Assembly (NCBI GenBank): GCA_001244265.2
Contig: CDLV01000018.1
Span: 434,001 to 498,000 of the forward strand
Direction of reading: 5' to 3'
Length of the DNA stretch: 64,000 bases
Source: Microbotryum violaceum
Lineage: Eukaryota
The translations under genes were made by a program, and so were the position numbers. Each line of letters begins with the position of its first letter. Position 1 is the stretch's first letter. Below the pieces are notes generated by a model. The model worked only from the letters and a program-made list of their open reading frames with translations. It did not search any database and was not told where the DNA came from. Positions 51,315 through 63,357 of the stretch are shown here, piece by piece.

Positions 51315-54300
51315 TCATTCCCTCGCCACCCCCTCCTCAGCCCCTTTCGAACCTACCCCAGCTGCACGACCAACTTCACTCGTCCGAGTTAACATCTTGG
51401 TCCAATCGTACGCATCATACCCCTTCCTGAACGCTCTGACGCGTTCTTCATTCTTCCTCGTATCAACGCGACGCGGTTTCCTCCATCTTCGAGCTTCGAG
51501 TCCAAGCAAGTTGCCAATAATTTCATGGGCAAAGTATCTAGTGGAGAGCACGGGAAAAATGATGAGCTTCGTGCATGCCCCCCCCCCTGCACACCCCGCA
51601 GAAAGAAGCTCGCTTCTTAAACTAACTGACCTCTTGAACTCCTCCCCCTTTTCACCTCCCGTATAATCCCTCAATTTATCCCCATCCTTATCCCTCTCCG
51701 TCGTATCATCAACCCCCTCAATCACATGCCCAAACCCTTTCTCACCCTTGTAATCGAATTGAACCATGAAATAAGGCAAGTTGGGTACCAAGGCTCGACG
51801 AAAGGGGCGGGAAGGGTTGAAGGTGACGAGTTTTTGGTTTTGGGACCATTCGGATTCGGAGGTGAAGATGGCTTCCTGTGGGCGAAGGGCGAGAGGGAAG
51901 AGTTCGTGAGGAGCTGAATGAAGTAAAGGCACGACCAGAGAAGCAAAGACGTCGGTGACGAACCCTGAAATAAACCGGTAGTTGATCGAACAAGTCAAAA
52001 GGGACCGGCAAAGCCTCGATGGCGCAGTGCTTTTGGTATTTGAGCGAAATGATCGTCTCGAAAAAAACGACGCCTCGATCCGAAGCGGCAAAATACTGCA
52101 TCAAGGTCTTCATGAAATTCTGGCAGAAGAAGCAAGGGCAAGTCGGCGGTTAGCGCTGGAGCGTCAACACTATGCAGGAACTGGATAAACTCACTTTGAT
52201 CTCATCCCACGTCTCTTCGTCCGCATCGAGCGAGGTAAAATGATGTTGGATGGGTACGATTCGGCAATGGCCCGGGACGAGTTCCTCGTTGTCGAGCAAG
52301 CCGAGGTAGGCTCGTGTCCCCAGAGCGACGACGGCCGATCGAGGTGGTCCACCCGAGTCGGAGAAGCACATCGTGCAGCTTCAGGGAACAGAGAGAGTCA
52401 TCAGCAAAAGTCATATGGAGCCCCGACCTGAATCGCTCGAGCTCACCTGTCGAGCGCTTTCTTGGTCTTGGCATAGTCCTGAATCGCAAACGCCTTCTTG
52501 ATCGTGTCGCTCTTCATCTTCTTCCTCGCCAGACTATCAGCATGCTCATCCATGTAATCGAAATCGTTCGTGAACCGTCGATCGGTCGCGATACGGGAAG
52601 CAAACTCATTGTCGAGGCGTTTCTGATCCGCCGCGCCACCGCTGAAACGCTCCTGTCGCACCAACTCGGCCAACGAGACGTCGTCCTCGGCGGATTGGCG
52701 CAGCACCTCGCCCGTCTTGGGATCGTGCGATTGAAATCCCTGTGAGAGTCGGGACAGTTTAGAAAACTGTGGCATATAAACTAGCATTGACCGAGGTCTC
52801 ACCTTTTCCTTCTGCTTGCGTCCATTCGCCTTCCTCTCCAATTCAGGTCGATCGCCCGTTCCAATATCGTACAGATTCCCTTGGGCATCGAGCGTCGGCA
52901 CCATCTCCACCTTGTCACCGACCTGTTCGACATGACCCATCGGACCTTGTGCCTCGCGTGCTCGAATACTTTCCCTCTCGTACTCGATCTCCAATTCGGT
53001 TGCATCGTCCGCATCCATCAGGCGCGCTTTGATGACGCGCGCTTGTAGTTTGTTGAGCTCGGTCTGGCTGAGCACGGGCGAAGGGTCGATCGTGGTCGTG
53101 GTCGGGTCGGGGAGGAGTACGATACTCTGCGAGAGGTGCGAAGACGTTCGTGGGGTGTTGGCGAGCATGGGTCTGGGTGCGAGGACACTGGGCACTGGCG
53201 TCGAGGGTCGGGAGCCTTCTTTGCTCGACGCCGCGGAAGAGGCAGCCGTGGGTGGTGCCTCTCCGGGTCGCCTGAACGAACCCCTAGAACCAGGCCGAGA
53301 TGCCCCAATCGACTCTGATCCCGAGTCGGTATAGATGAAGCGTCTGTTGGCATGGAAAGAAGACGACTCGACGGTCGGAGTCGAGGGTCCAGACCGGCCA
53401 GCTCCGTAATTCGAACTCCTGCCTCGCCTTCGATCCTCTCGCTCGTCGAGAATCCTGCGTTCCTCGATCGCATCACGAAAGGCGTCGAGGTTGCCATAGC
53501 GATCGAGGGCGACCTCTTCAACGTCTTTGCCCTCTTCTTGGGCGACTTCGAACGTGCGCTTGAGCTTGGACATGCGCCATGCCGAGCCTGATGAGCCCGG
53601 AGCGGGAGACTGGGGAGTGGCACCCCCACCCGTCGACTGTAGCGTCGGCACGGCTGAAGGAGGGTCGGGTATTCCTTGCCAATGCGCCTTGTTGAGTTCT
53701 CGGGAAGATTGACCCATCATCATCTGTGTGGAGAAACAACTAGGATCAGTTTGATCCTGCCCACGCCAATCTCGATCCCCACTGACCGAAGGGTCGACCC
53801 TCTCCTTGGCCGGGTCCTTGCGCTTGCTCTCCGTACCCATCATCCCAAACAGATCCATACCCATCCCGCCCGAGTTATTGCTCATCAAATCGCCGAACCT
53901 GCCTCCTCCATTGTTACTTCCCCGACGTCTCCCTCGCCGTAGCCGTCGGTCATGTCCTGTTGGCCGATCGACGAGCGTAGTCCCTCTGTGACGGACCCAA
54001 TCTGCCCGAGCTGAAACTCGGATACGGTATCAATGGGAGATCCTTTGGCGGAGGGTGCATGAATCGTCAATAACGATGATGCAGCCCCTGTAGCGTGATT
54101 CGACGACGGCGCTTCGACCCATTCGTCCTCCTCGTTTGGCTGTTCGTGCGCTCGTTCTCTCCCTGTACTAGTTTCCTTGCTGTACTTGGACGATGAGGAG
54201 GGGCCAGAATATCGGTGTTTGGATGAAGAAGTGGTCTCTGAGGCGCGATGTCGCTTGGAATGACGTTCCGAACTGACGTCGACGTCATCATGATCGGCGG

Positions 54301-54436
54301 TCTCGTCCCTCTTGCTGTTGTGGCTACTACGATGCGACGAGTGGTGGGAGTGGTGACGGTGCGATGAAGAATGAGAGTCATCTTTGCTTGTGCTGTGTCG
54401 TTTGGACGAACTCGATGAACCGGTGTGGTCGCCCAT
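51315..54436 (-). CDS. CWF19: Cwf19/CWF19L2 (CwfJ domain) splicing factor, apparent frameshift near 53920
   Basis: PGSSGSAWRMSKLKR, EEVALDRYG, LAELVRQER, GHCRIVPIQH, ETWDEIK, VVFFET, ESEWSQ, VPNLPYF, GFGHVIE, YDWTKML. Confidence 0.88.
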
Positions 54437-55099
54437 CGCTGCTCAACCTAGAGAGTCGGCTAACCGGATCATCCACCTCTGGCTATATATATAAGCACGC
54501 TAAAAAGTGGCGCGCGCGGCGCGCCTTCGACCCTCGCTTCCGCGCGACGTAGCCATACATGTTGCCCCCCCTGCAACCCGGGTTGCTGGATGGCGCGAGG
54601 ACTAGCGCAACACGGAGGCTGGTGTGGCCTTCAACACGTTCATCTCAGGTACGTGCGAGCTCGTATCGATCTTATAAATGCTGCCATTGTGTATAAAGCA
54701 TATTCGGAAAACTCATCGTCAATTTCTTCTTTAGATTAGTAGCGAGAAGAAGCTCGATTAGAACATCATTACATCATTACCTCATTAGCGGTGGGGATAA
54801 GGTAGCATTGATGGACGTGGTTAAGTCACGTGCCGTCTCACCACGCTGGCAGAACGAGCGAGCCGTAGCGAGCCTGAGCGCGAGCGAGCAACAGCATTGC
54901 CGCTTGACGCGCCGCTATCGATCACGGTCCTGGTCTTACTACTTTCTGTTCCCTCACGCTTTCTGTCGTATATCTTGAATCGAAGCCCACCGACCATACG
55001 ATGTGTTGCCTCTCCTGTCTGCTCCCAGCAACGCGTCAGCGTTTGCCGCTTCCACCCGCTGGCGAGGTTGGCACTGCGGTGTGGTATGTGCTTCAACGC

Positions 55100-55587
55100 C
55101 GGCAGATTTTGGTCAAAGAGCGTCTGGATCGGCTCGCCGAATGCGATGATCTCTCGGTTGTCTGGTTCAGAATGCGTTTACCCGTTTACCCGCAGTTCAT
55201 GAATCGCGGCCCACGGCATTCGGTTTGATCGGAGGAGTTTTCGCCGGACGGGCGAAACAGGTGTTGCGCCGGTCGCGCGGTAGTCCACCTCATTTCGGTC
55301 GCCGCCTTTCGACGCTGAATAATACTCAAATACAGAGCCTCGTCACTGAGTCGAGCCGCCGCTCATCAGGTCTTTCTGCCGTGGACGTGCGCCACACAAC
55401 CATCGACCTCGACGCATTCCGAAGGGAACTTGGCCTGACCCCCGATCCAGCCGCGGAGCATGCCGAGCGAGACCGCGATGATGTGTATGAAAGACGAGTG
55501 GAAGAAGTTTTGGGTTCAAGATCGGAGCACGAGGTCGAGGAAGAAGATGATGCTGAGCTCGGGGAGGGCGACGGAGAGTCGGGCTGA
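55100..55587 (+). pseudogene. Possible degenerate hAT transposase C-terminal dimerisation region
   Basis: Fragments DDLSVVWFRMRLPVYPQF, SV*SEEFS and RRLSTLNNTQIQSLV resemble the hAT consensus order (WW..YP.L / S..SER.FS / RR..L), followed by an acidic tail. The match is by eye only. Confidence 0.4.
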
Positions 55588-57008
55588 CAAGCGTTGAAGA
55601 CTCGGACGACCTCGAGATTCTCGACGAGCCCATGGGCTAGCTAGGGATGGTTTGGCGCATTTGTTGACTGTAGATTATTTGTTATTGAAGGACTTTGCTT
55701 TTTGTATGCGGCCCATATCGCACATGGTGGAAATGTACGCCAGTGCACAAAAGTAAAATGAATGTCAGCCTTAATCAGGCGTTGACGCGTTGACGACCAC
55801 GATCCCACGAGCCGGTCGCCACCGCCACACTTACCGAACTGCAGTACGTGACAAGCTTGAAGGTTCTGCTAAGTTAAAGACTAAAATTTGGTGCGCATTG
55901 GTGCTGACATCTGCAGGTTCAGGTTTGGGAACGTTGCCAGAGGGGGGCGGGGGACGGTGAGGATTGGTGTTGCTGTAGTTGTTCTGTTCCAACAGCACCC
56001 CAAAGCATGGGTCCAGACGCGTCCAACGGCGCTCCGTTGTACAGTGCTTGCGATAACATGTCAGCAAAAATCAATGAAATACGTCACCGCATACCTACTC
56101 CGTTGACGTGATATTTTATGTAGTCGAGTGAGCAGGGATATCGGTCCATCGGCCAAGGACCTTGTAGGGGCTGTGTACTCCCGGGGTCAGAGTCGGCGCG
56201 CGACAAGAGTACAAGAGTGTAACCCGAGGGACCCGGCCTGTGCCGCCGACAAAGCTGTGTACTCCCGGGGTACACAGTCATTCGGCGCGCGGGTGTGATC
56301 ATTACCGGGAGTACACAGCGGAAGAGTGGACCAGTCCTGCGTGCCCCCGGGAGTACACAAGCGCTTTCCCGCTTGCGCCTTGTGTACCCCCGGGGGTGCA
56401 AAGTCGGTCACCGGTGGCAGATCACTGTATAATAACATATACGAGTCTCCAACGGCGGGAGGTGAATCCTTTCGGTAACTTCAGACACATCCTGGGCTTT
56501 GAGCGGGTGCGTGGAAGTTCGTTGTAGTGCAGTCAGCAAGGCCGTCGGCGGCAACGGACCGCGCCTGAGCCGTGGAACCCCAGGGGTACACAGCTGGAGA
56601 GGGCACCGGTCGTGTGTACCTCCGGCGGGTACACATCGCCACGCTGGTTGTACAGTGCTTGTTAAGAGTGTCCTAGAATTGATGAAGCATGTCGTCGCAT
56701 ACCGCTTCCTCATTTCCGGAGGCGCGGGACTCTGTTGTAGTGTATCTACGCCCTGCCCTAAGGTTAAAAATTGAACAAGAATTTCCGCCTTCGGAGTGCG
56801 TTGTACCCTCGGGTGAATCATGGTTGCAATGCAGGATCTCCATTGACATAACATACAAGCTAGATGGCTACACACGCTCACGGAAAACTCGAGACGGTCA
56901 TTGCCTATCTGGTGAATTGACACTCATGGTGTCTCATGTCCCAGTATCCAGGCCGCGCTCCAGCTTGCTCAGGCTGGTCAGCTCGGAGAGGGCGGAGAGG
57001 TTGCTTTT

Positions 57009-60000
57009 TATTGAAACTGAACAGCGATGTGCTGAACAAGTTGGCGGCAGGGACGAGCCAATGAGTTTGGAATCAAGTGAAGAAGAGGAGACAAAGACGC
57101 GAATCGCGCGCGCGACTAATATAAAGTGGAGACGCGCGTAGTGCGGATTTAAGGCAAGAGTAATTTACTTCAACCCCCCCTTGCTCTTGGCCTGAAATTC
57201 GCCGAAGGCCAATAGCGTCGCAATGACGCTGGAAAATCGCTCGAGGCAGCGGCTTGGTGAAGATATCGGCCACCATGTCATGGGTAGGGATGTAGGTGAC
57301 CGAGATCTCTCCATTTCAAACGTGCTCCCGAACAAAGTGCTCCAACATGCGAAGGTGTTTGGTGCGAGCATGGAAGACCGGGTTCTGGGTGAGCGCGATA
57401 GCGCCTTGATTGTCTCCAAGCAGACGAAGGGGCGACGATGTGTCAAGGCCGAGCTCGGTGAGGAGCGAGCGAAGGAAGACTGCCTCCTTGGCAGCGTGCA
57501 AAAGACCCAGATACTCGGCTTCCGTAGACGAACACGCCACTCGGGGTTGGAGACGGGATGACCACGATATTGCGCCACCAGCCAGTTTGAACAAATAGCC
57601 CATTGTTGACCTCGACGTGTTCACGTCAGATCCCAGTCCGAGTCAGAATACCCCTCGTATCCCAGCAAGGGTTCGTTGTTAGCCATGTAATGGATGCCCA
57701 GATCGAGCGAGCCTTTGATGTACCGAAGGACGCGTTTGACGGCCTTGAGATGCGCTGCCCCCGCTTTTCCAACAAACCGAGAGAGATACCCCACAGCGTG
57801 TGCAAGATCGGGTCGGGTGGCAACAACGGTGTACATGAGGAAGCCGATCATAGAACAATACGTCAAGTTGTCGGCTTCATCGGGGTCGATCTCGGGCGAC
57901 AACTGGAGGTTGGCCTCCATTGGCGATTTGCAGGGATTGCAATCGGACATGCCGAAACGAGCCAGCACGTCGACAAGGTATTGGCGCTGCAGGAGGGTGA
58001 TCCCGCCATCATCAGGCCGGACAACCTGAACCCCTAGAATCCAGTCAGCCGGGCCAAGACGTTTTACGCCATAAAGGGTGTCGAGTTGATCCAGGACTCG
58101 ATCGATCTCCCCAAGGTCGGGACCAAAGAAGAGGAGGTCGTCTACGTAGAGCGCAATGTAGTGATCACCCAAAACGTTGGCGCACCTATAAATGCATTCA
58201 TCGCAGGCAAGACGGCGGTAGCCGAGATTCACTAGAGTGGCGTTGATCGTGTCGTTCCAGACTCGACCGGCTTGCTTGAGCCCGTAGATGGAACGGTGAA
58301 GACGGAGGCACTTGCCGTCATAGCCTTCGATGCCAGTGGGACGCGCATGTAGATCTCTTCCTCCAGGACGCCGTGGAGGTAGGCCTTGTCCACGTCGGCT
58401 TGTATGATGTGGTGGCCCCTGGAGGCTGCGTGCGCGACGAGAGCGCGAATGGAGGTGAACTTCGCCGTTGGTGCAAACGTCTCGTCAAAATCACCTGCCC
58501 GCTGTGCGCATCCCTGAGCTACGATGCGGCTCTTTAACGACACCATTTTGCCCGCCTTATCGCGTTTGGTCCGAAACACGTGGCGACTCGGCAAGATAGT
58601 GGCTGCCCTGGGAACGGAGGCAAGGTCGACCACGCTGAACACCTTGAAGTCGTCCTTCATCGAGCGGAACTCCTCGATGGCACCAGCTTTCCAACCTTCC
58701 GCATGAGGGTGGCGCATGGCTTCCTTCCAAGTACTGGGATCGCCGGTGGGAAGCGTGAAAGGATCTTCGGGCTCGGAGAGAGGACGGTCCGCCTTCGAGA
58801 CATCGATGCCGGCCTCCGCGAGATTGGCAACCAGCGCAACAACCTCGTCGCCGAGTGAGAATGCAAAGGCAGAAGGCGTCGAGCGCAAGGATGCGAGGGC
58901 TCCGTACCGAGCCGGCGGATTGCGCGCACGTGGGCCTGCGGGTGGCTGCCAGGCCGGGCCAGGGGCGTCGAAACGCAAGGCAGCCGGTGGGTCAACGTGC
59001 TCGGGGCGACGTGCTCGGGGGAATAATGACGACCCCGCTGTCGTCGTCCCCCGCGGCCGGAAGCGGGGGCGCTCGGATACCCGTTGCTCGAGCAGGGAAG
59101 TCGTCCTCAAAGAATGTGACGCTGCGGGACTTGAAGACCTGTCTCGTGTTGGGGTCCAGCAGTCTGTACCCCTTGGACTCGAGGTCGTAGCCGACGAAGA
59201 CGAGTGGGATGCCTCGCGGATCGAGCTTGCTGCGCGGCTCGGTGGTAGCGGCCTTCCACGCTCGACAGCCGAACACGCGTAGATGGCCAGCTGAAGGTTT
59301 GGAACCGTACCAATGTGTGTGAGGCGTGGTGCCCGAGTTTGCAGAGTGCGGCGAGCGATTTTTGACGTAGACGTACGTTGCCAATGCCTCGGCCCACAAA
59401 GCGTGAGGTAGGCCCGACTGGTGGAGCATTGAGCGGACACCCTCGGTGATCGAACGATTCGCACGTTCGGCAACTCCATTCTGTTGAGGCGTGTCAGGGA
59501 TAGAGAGCTGACGAGTAATGCCTTGCTCCTCCAGGAATCTGGAGAACTCGTTCGACATGAATTCGCCCCCATTATCCGAGCGGACAGCAAGGACTTTGCG
59601 TGACGTGGAGCGCTCCACCTTCGCGAGCCAGGATTTGAAGGCCGCAAAGGTGTCGGACTTGTGTGACATCGGAATCGCCCACAAATACCGAGAATGGTTG
59701 TCCACGATGACGAGAGCGTATCTCGCACCCCCTAATGACACGGCACCGTCGAACGCAAGGAGGTCCATGTGGACTCGTTCAAGCGGCTGAGCAGAGTGAT
59801 TCGATGCGACGGCAGGGAACGGGTGATGCGTAATTTTGCCAGCTTGGCAAGTGTCATATTTCAAATCCTGGTTTGAATCTACCTCCATGCTGACTCCCGA
59901 CACGGCTTCAGTCGAAATCAACTGTCGGAGGGCGCGTGGGTGGAGGTGAGCGAAGCGTCCGTGCAAGACCGACATGGGAACGGCCACGAGCGCACGCGGG

Positions 60001-61484
60001 AACGCACCCGCTTGATGAACGAGAGCAGCGACGTCAACGAGCGAGGCCTGCATGTGGTAAAGTCCTTTCTTGAGCTCGCCAGTGTGCCACACCGTGTCGG
60101 CGATGGAGACCGTTGCCTTGGCCCGAGTCAGACGGATGTCGTAACCCCGATGTCGGCACGACTGGCGGAGAACAGGTTGACCGGAGCGGTGGGCACGAAC
60201 AAGGCGTCGTTGAGTTGGCCGATGCTGCCGTCGAAGGAACGAACGATTGCGGAGCCGACGCCTTCGATGGAGTTGACAACTTCACCAGTGATGCCTTCGA
60301 GCGGAGCTGGCTTGCACTTGCGGAAGGACGTGAAACATGCGCGATCGTTGACGATGTGGTGCGTCGCCCCGCTGTCCAAGATGATGGAGGGCCTGGCCAA
60401 GGTGGACATCGTGGCTGTGAGGTAGCCAAGCACAGGACTGTCAACCAGCGTCGAGATATCAGGCGCAGTGACGAGCGAGGCGGAAGGCGCTGAAGGAGCC
60501 TTCGTCTTCTTCCCCTTGGACCCAGCCTTGTTGTCCGGGCACTTGCGATTCCAGTGCGGACCTCCGCAGTGGTGGCACGGGGAGAAAGGAGGCGCGGTAG
60601 ACTTGTCCGCTGTCGCAATCGGGCTTGCCACCATGGCGACGGGTTTGGGAGCTGGCGTCTGATCCGCCTGCGTGTGGAGCGACTGGAGGACCTCCGTCGG
60701 GCTCGGTAGCCTATCCAATCCTTGCCGAAGTGTTTGCGTGTAGTATTCACGGTACAGATCCTTGCCGAAGTGGACAAGGCGGAACGACACAATCTGCTCG
60801 AAAGTAAGCTCGTGTCCCGAGAGCGTGTTAAATAGCTCAATGGTCGTCGCTTGGTACTTTGCGAAGGCGTCCATGCCGGTGGGAGGGGGTCCCACGTCGA
60901 GCAACGCTTGGAGACGGATGAGAATGTCAGCCACCGTGCCGGTACCGACCGCTTTCTTAATCATCTGTAAGACTTCCGCGGAGTGTGGTCGTAACCATCC
61001 TTTATGTGTTTTTGGATGTCCGGTGAGACAGAACGCATCAGCAGCGCGACCGCTTGGAAATTGGCGTGATCGAGATCCGTGCGCGTGTTGGGTGATTGGA
61101 CGGGCGTCGCGAGGGTGCAGTTCCAATAGTCGCCGCCAAGGGCGCCTCGCACGTCGTCGATCCATTGCGACCAGCCCCCAGCGTTTCGCAGATGGCATGA
61201 TGGGTCAACATCGCGTGGTTTGACGAGGACGATAGGGGTTGTTCCCCTGTGACCATGAGAGGAGTGCTCATGTCTTGATGACTCGAATTGGCTGGCCGCT
61301 CGGTTGGGCTCGTAACCTATTGAAACTGAACAGCGATGTGCTGAACGAGTTGGCGGCAGGGACGAGCCAATGAGTTCGTAATCAAGTGAAGAAGAGGAGA
61401 CAAAGACGCGAATCGCGCGCGCGACTAATATAAAGTGGAGACGCGCGTAGTGCGGATTTAAGGCAAGAGTAATTTACTTCAACA
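57009..61484 (-). mobile_element. Ty1/copia LTR retrotransposon, frameshifted gag-pol
   Basis: 167 bp LTRs at 57009-57175 and 61318-61484; PBS GGTTACGAGCCC (61306-61317); purine tract next to the 3' LTR. Domain motifs: CHHCGGPHWNRKC, LDSGATHH, VRSDNGGEF, PQQNGVAER, DVDKAYL, YVDD, YSDSDW. Confidence 0.95.
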
Positions 61485-62550
61485 GGAGGGACCCCAGGGA
61501 GAGAAGGTGGCCGGTATCCTCGGCGTCCGAGTGAACCCGGCGAACCTTGCGCAAAGCCTTCCACCAAGCATTCCAGCGTTGCTCAGGCAGATCGAATACT
61601 TTCTGGTGTCCCTTGGGGAAGATAGGGGGGAAGATGAAGACTTGGTGGCGTTTGGACGCGTTCACAAACGAAGACGGGGTCATCACCTCGCCATCGGGCC
61701 CTCGAAAAAGCGTCGGGTTTACCGAGAGTTGTATTCCGTGGCCCGCTGGGAAATAGAGTACGTGCGTCGCCCATTGCTCGAGGTTCTGGCTCTTGGAGAG
61801 TTCCGGGGGATTGAGCGTGGTCACCAACGCCCAGGCTTCGAAGTATCGGACCCAACGAGCAGGAAGAACCTTTGTCATTTTTCTCACCGCATGGTCCCAC
61901 TTTGAGGGAGGATGGCAAAAGTATGCCCACCAGATCCAAATCCAAGGGCAACGATGCTGGTTGGGGGCCGGTCTGGACAAGGTGAAAGGGGTTGGTTCGT
62001 TTGGTGCCTGGAGGCGGATGCGGATGTCGAAGAGGTGGCGTGTGAAGCAGCCGTCCGGGGCCCGGAGCTGGAAGACCCACTTCGCGTGATCGATTGCTAG
62101 ACGCCGAGGCAGATCAATCAAACCGAAGCCGCCGTGATCAAGAGGGGTGCAGAGGCGCGACCGGGAGACCTTCGGACGTCGCTGAGTAGCATCCGAAGCT
62201 CGACCGTGAATGGCGAGCATGGCGGCCTCCTCGATCTCCTTGACAACGCTCTTGGGGGCGGGAAGGAATCGGCTGTAGTACAAGATCTTTGTGTAGCAGT
62301 AGATGTTGATGATCGAACACTTGGCTGCATATGGGAGATCGTACATCGGAATCGAGCGTATCCGAGCGATGGTCGAGGCCTTGACATCTTCCCAGCCCGC
62401 ATCCTCGGCGATCTCCACCCCGACCTGAATACTAAGGTAGCGAAACTGCGAATCGCTGAGACGCCAGGTCCCGAGATCTGGGGCGATCGACCGATCCCGA
62501 AAAATTAAGTCACTCCGAAGAGGGGGAGAGGGAAAGGAGAAAGATTTGGA
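61485..62550 (-). mobile_element. LINE ORF2 fragment (RT thumb to pre-zinc-finger region)
   Basis: ORF 61474..62418 preceded by QFRYLSIQVG; contains LCTPLDHGGFGLIDL, typical of L1/Tx1-like ORF2. The 5' boundary is approximate. Confidence 0.8.
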
Positions 62551-63235
62551 CTAAGAGCGTTGGCGTGCATCACAGCTCTGTGGGCGATTGCACAAGTACT
62601 CCCTAATAATAGGTCAATCTCATTAGCAAGTTGCCCTAGTCCTGGGGCCATCCAGCAACCCGGGTTGCAGGCGGGCAACATGTATGGCTACGCCGCGCGG
62701 AAGCGAGGGTCGAAGGCGCGCCGCGCGCGCCACTTTTTAGCGTGCTTATGTATATAGCCAGAGGTGGGATCATCGCACAAAGCCAAACCCGGCTCGTGAC
62801 CTCGGCCCCACATCTGCAGTGTACCGCCGGGGCTGGGATCAGATCAGATCCGCAACCACTCAGCAACCACTTTCTACCTTCACTTCCAGACACTCCTTCT
62901 TCAATTTATTCAAACTGGTATAAAACTTTTATAACAGAATCGCGAGCGCAGATTCCTCACTTCCAACACCTTTCGGTCCTGCAAGTTCTGACTGGTTCGG
63001 CCCCTGAAATAGTGAAGGGTCGGAACCCGCCATCTTCAAGACGCTTGAAACACTCTCCGGCAGCGCGGCCCGGGGATGCGGGATCTAGAGTGTTTTGTGG
63101 CAGTTCTCCATGCAGTCGTTTTAACTAAGACGGGGATTGGAAGGTACATGCTCGACTGAATGCGCCGATCGGATAGGCCAGCCCTGGCAGTGGCAGTGCA
63201 GCGAGCCGGCTCCATATAACGCCCGGAGCGCGCCG

Positions 63236-63357
63236 AGTTGGCGTGTTGGGAATGAGGGTTAGGAATCGCGCGCGTTCATTGGTAATCTGTTTAGAAGCGC
63301 TCGTCTGTTTAGTGAAGCCTGGCGATGCGCACCAACCGTTGTCTTCTCGCCACGGTT
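63236..63357 (+). repeat. Diverged single copy of the 35.2 kb palindrome arm (probable transposon terminus)
   Basis: AGTTGGCGTGTTG.GAATGAGG.TTAG ... TTAGAAGCGC.CGT.TGTTTAGTGAAGCCTGGCGATGC.CACCAACCGTTGT is shared with 35230-35334. Confidence 0.85.

Larger units (their letters stand above)
54474..62766. mobile_element. DNA transposon (hAT-like) with ~137 bp TIRs and 8 bp TSD, carrying nested retroelements
   Basis: 54474-54611 (CACCTCTGGCTATAT...) is a near-identical inverted copy of 62630-62766. GGATCATC is directly repeated at 54466-54473 and 62767-62774. Confidence 0.9.

Noticed and set aside
56171..56634. CRISPR-like array
   Set aside because: Eukaryotic context, repeats vary in sequence and orientation, spacing is irregular and there are no cas genes.
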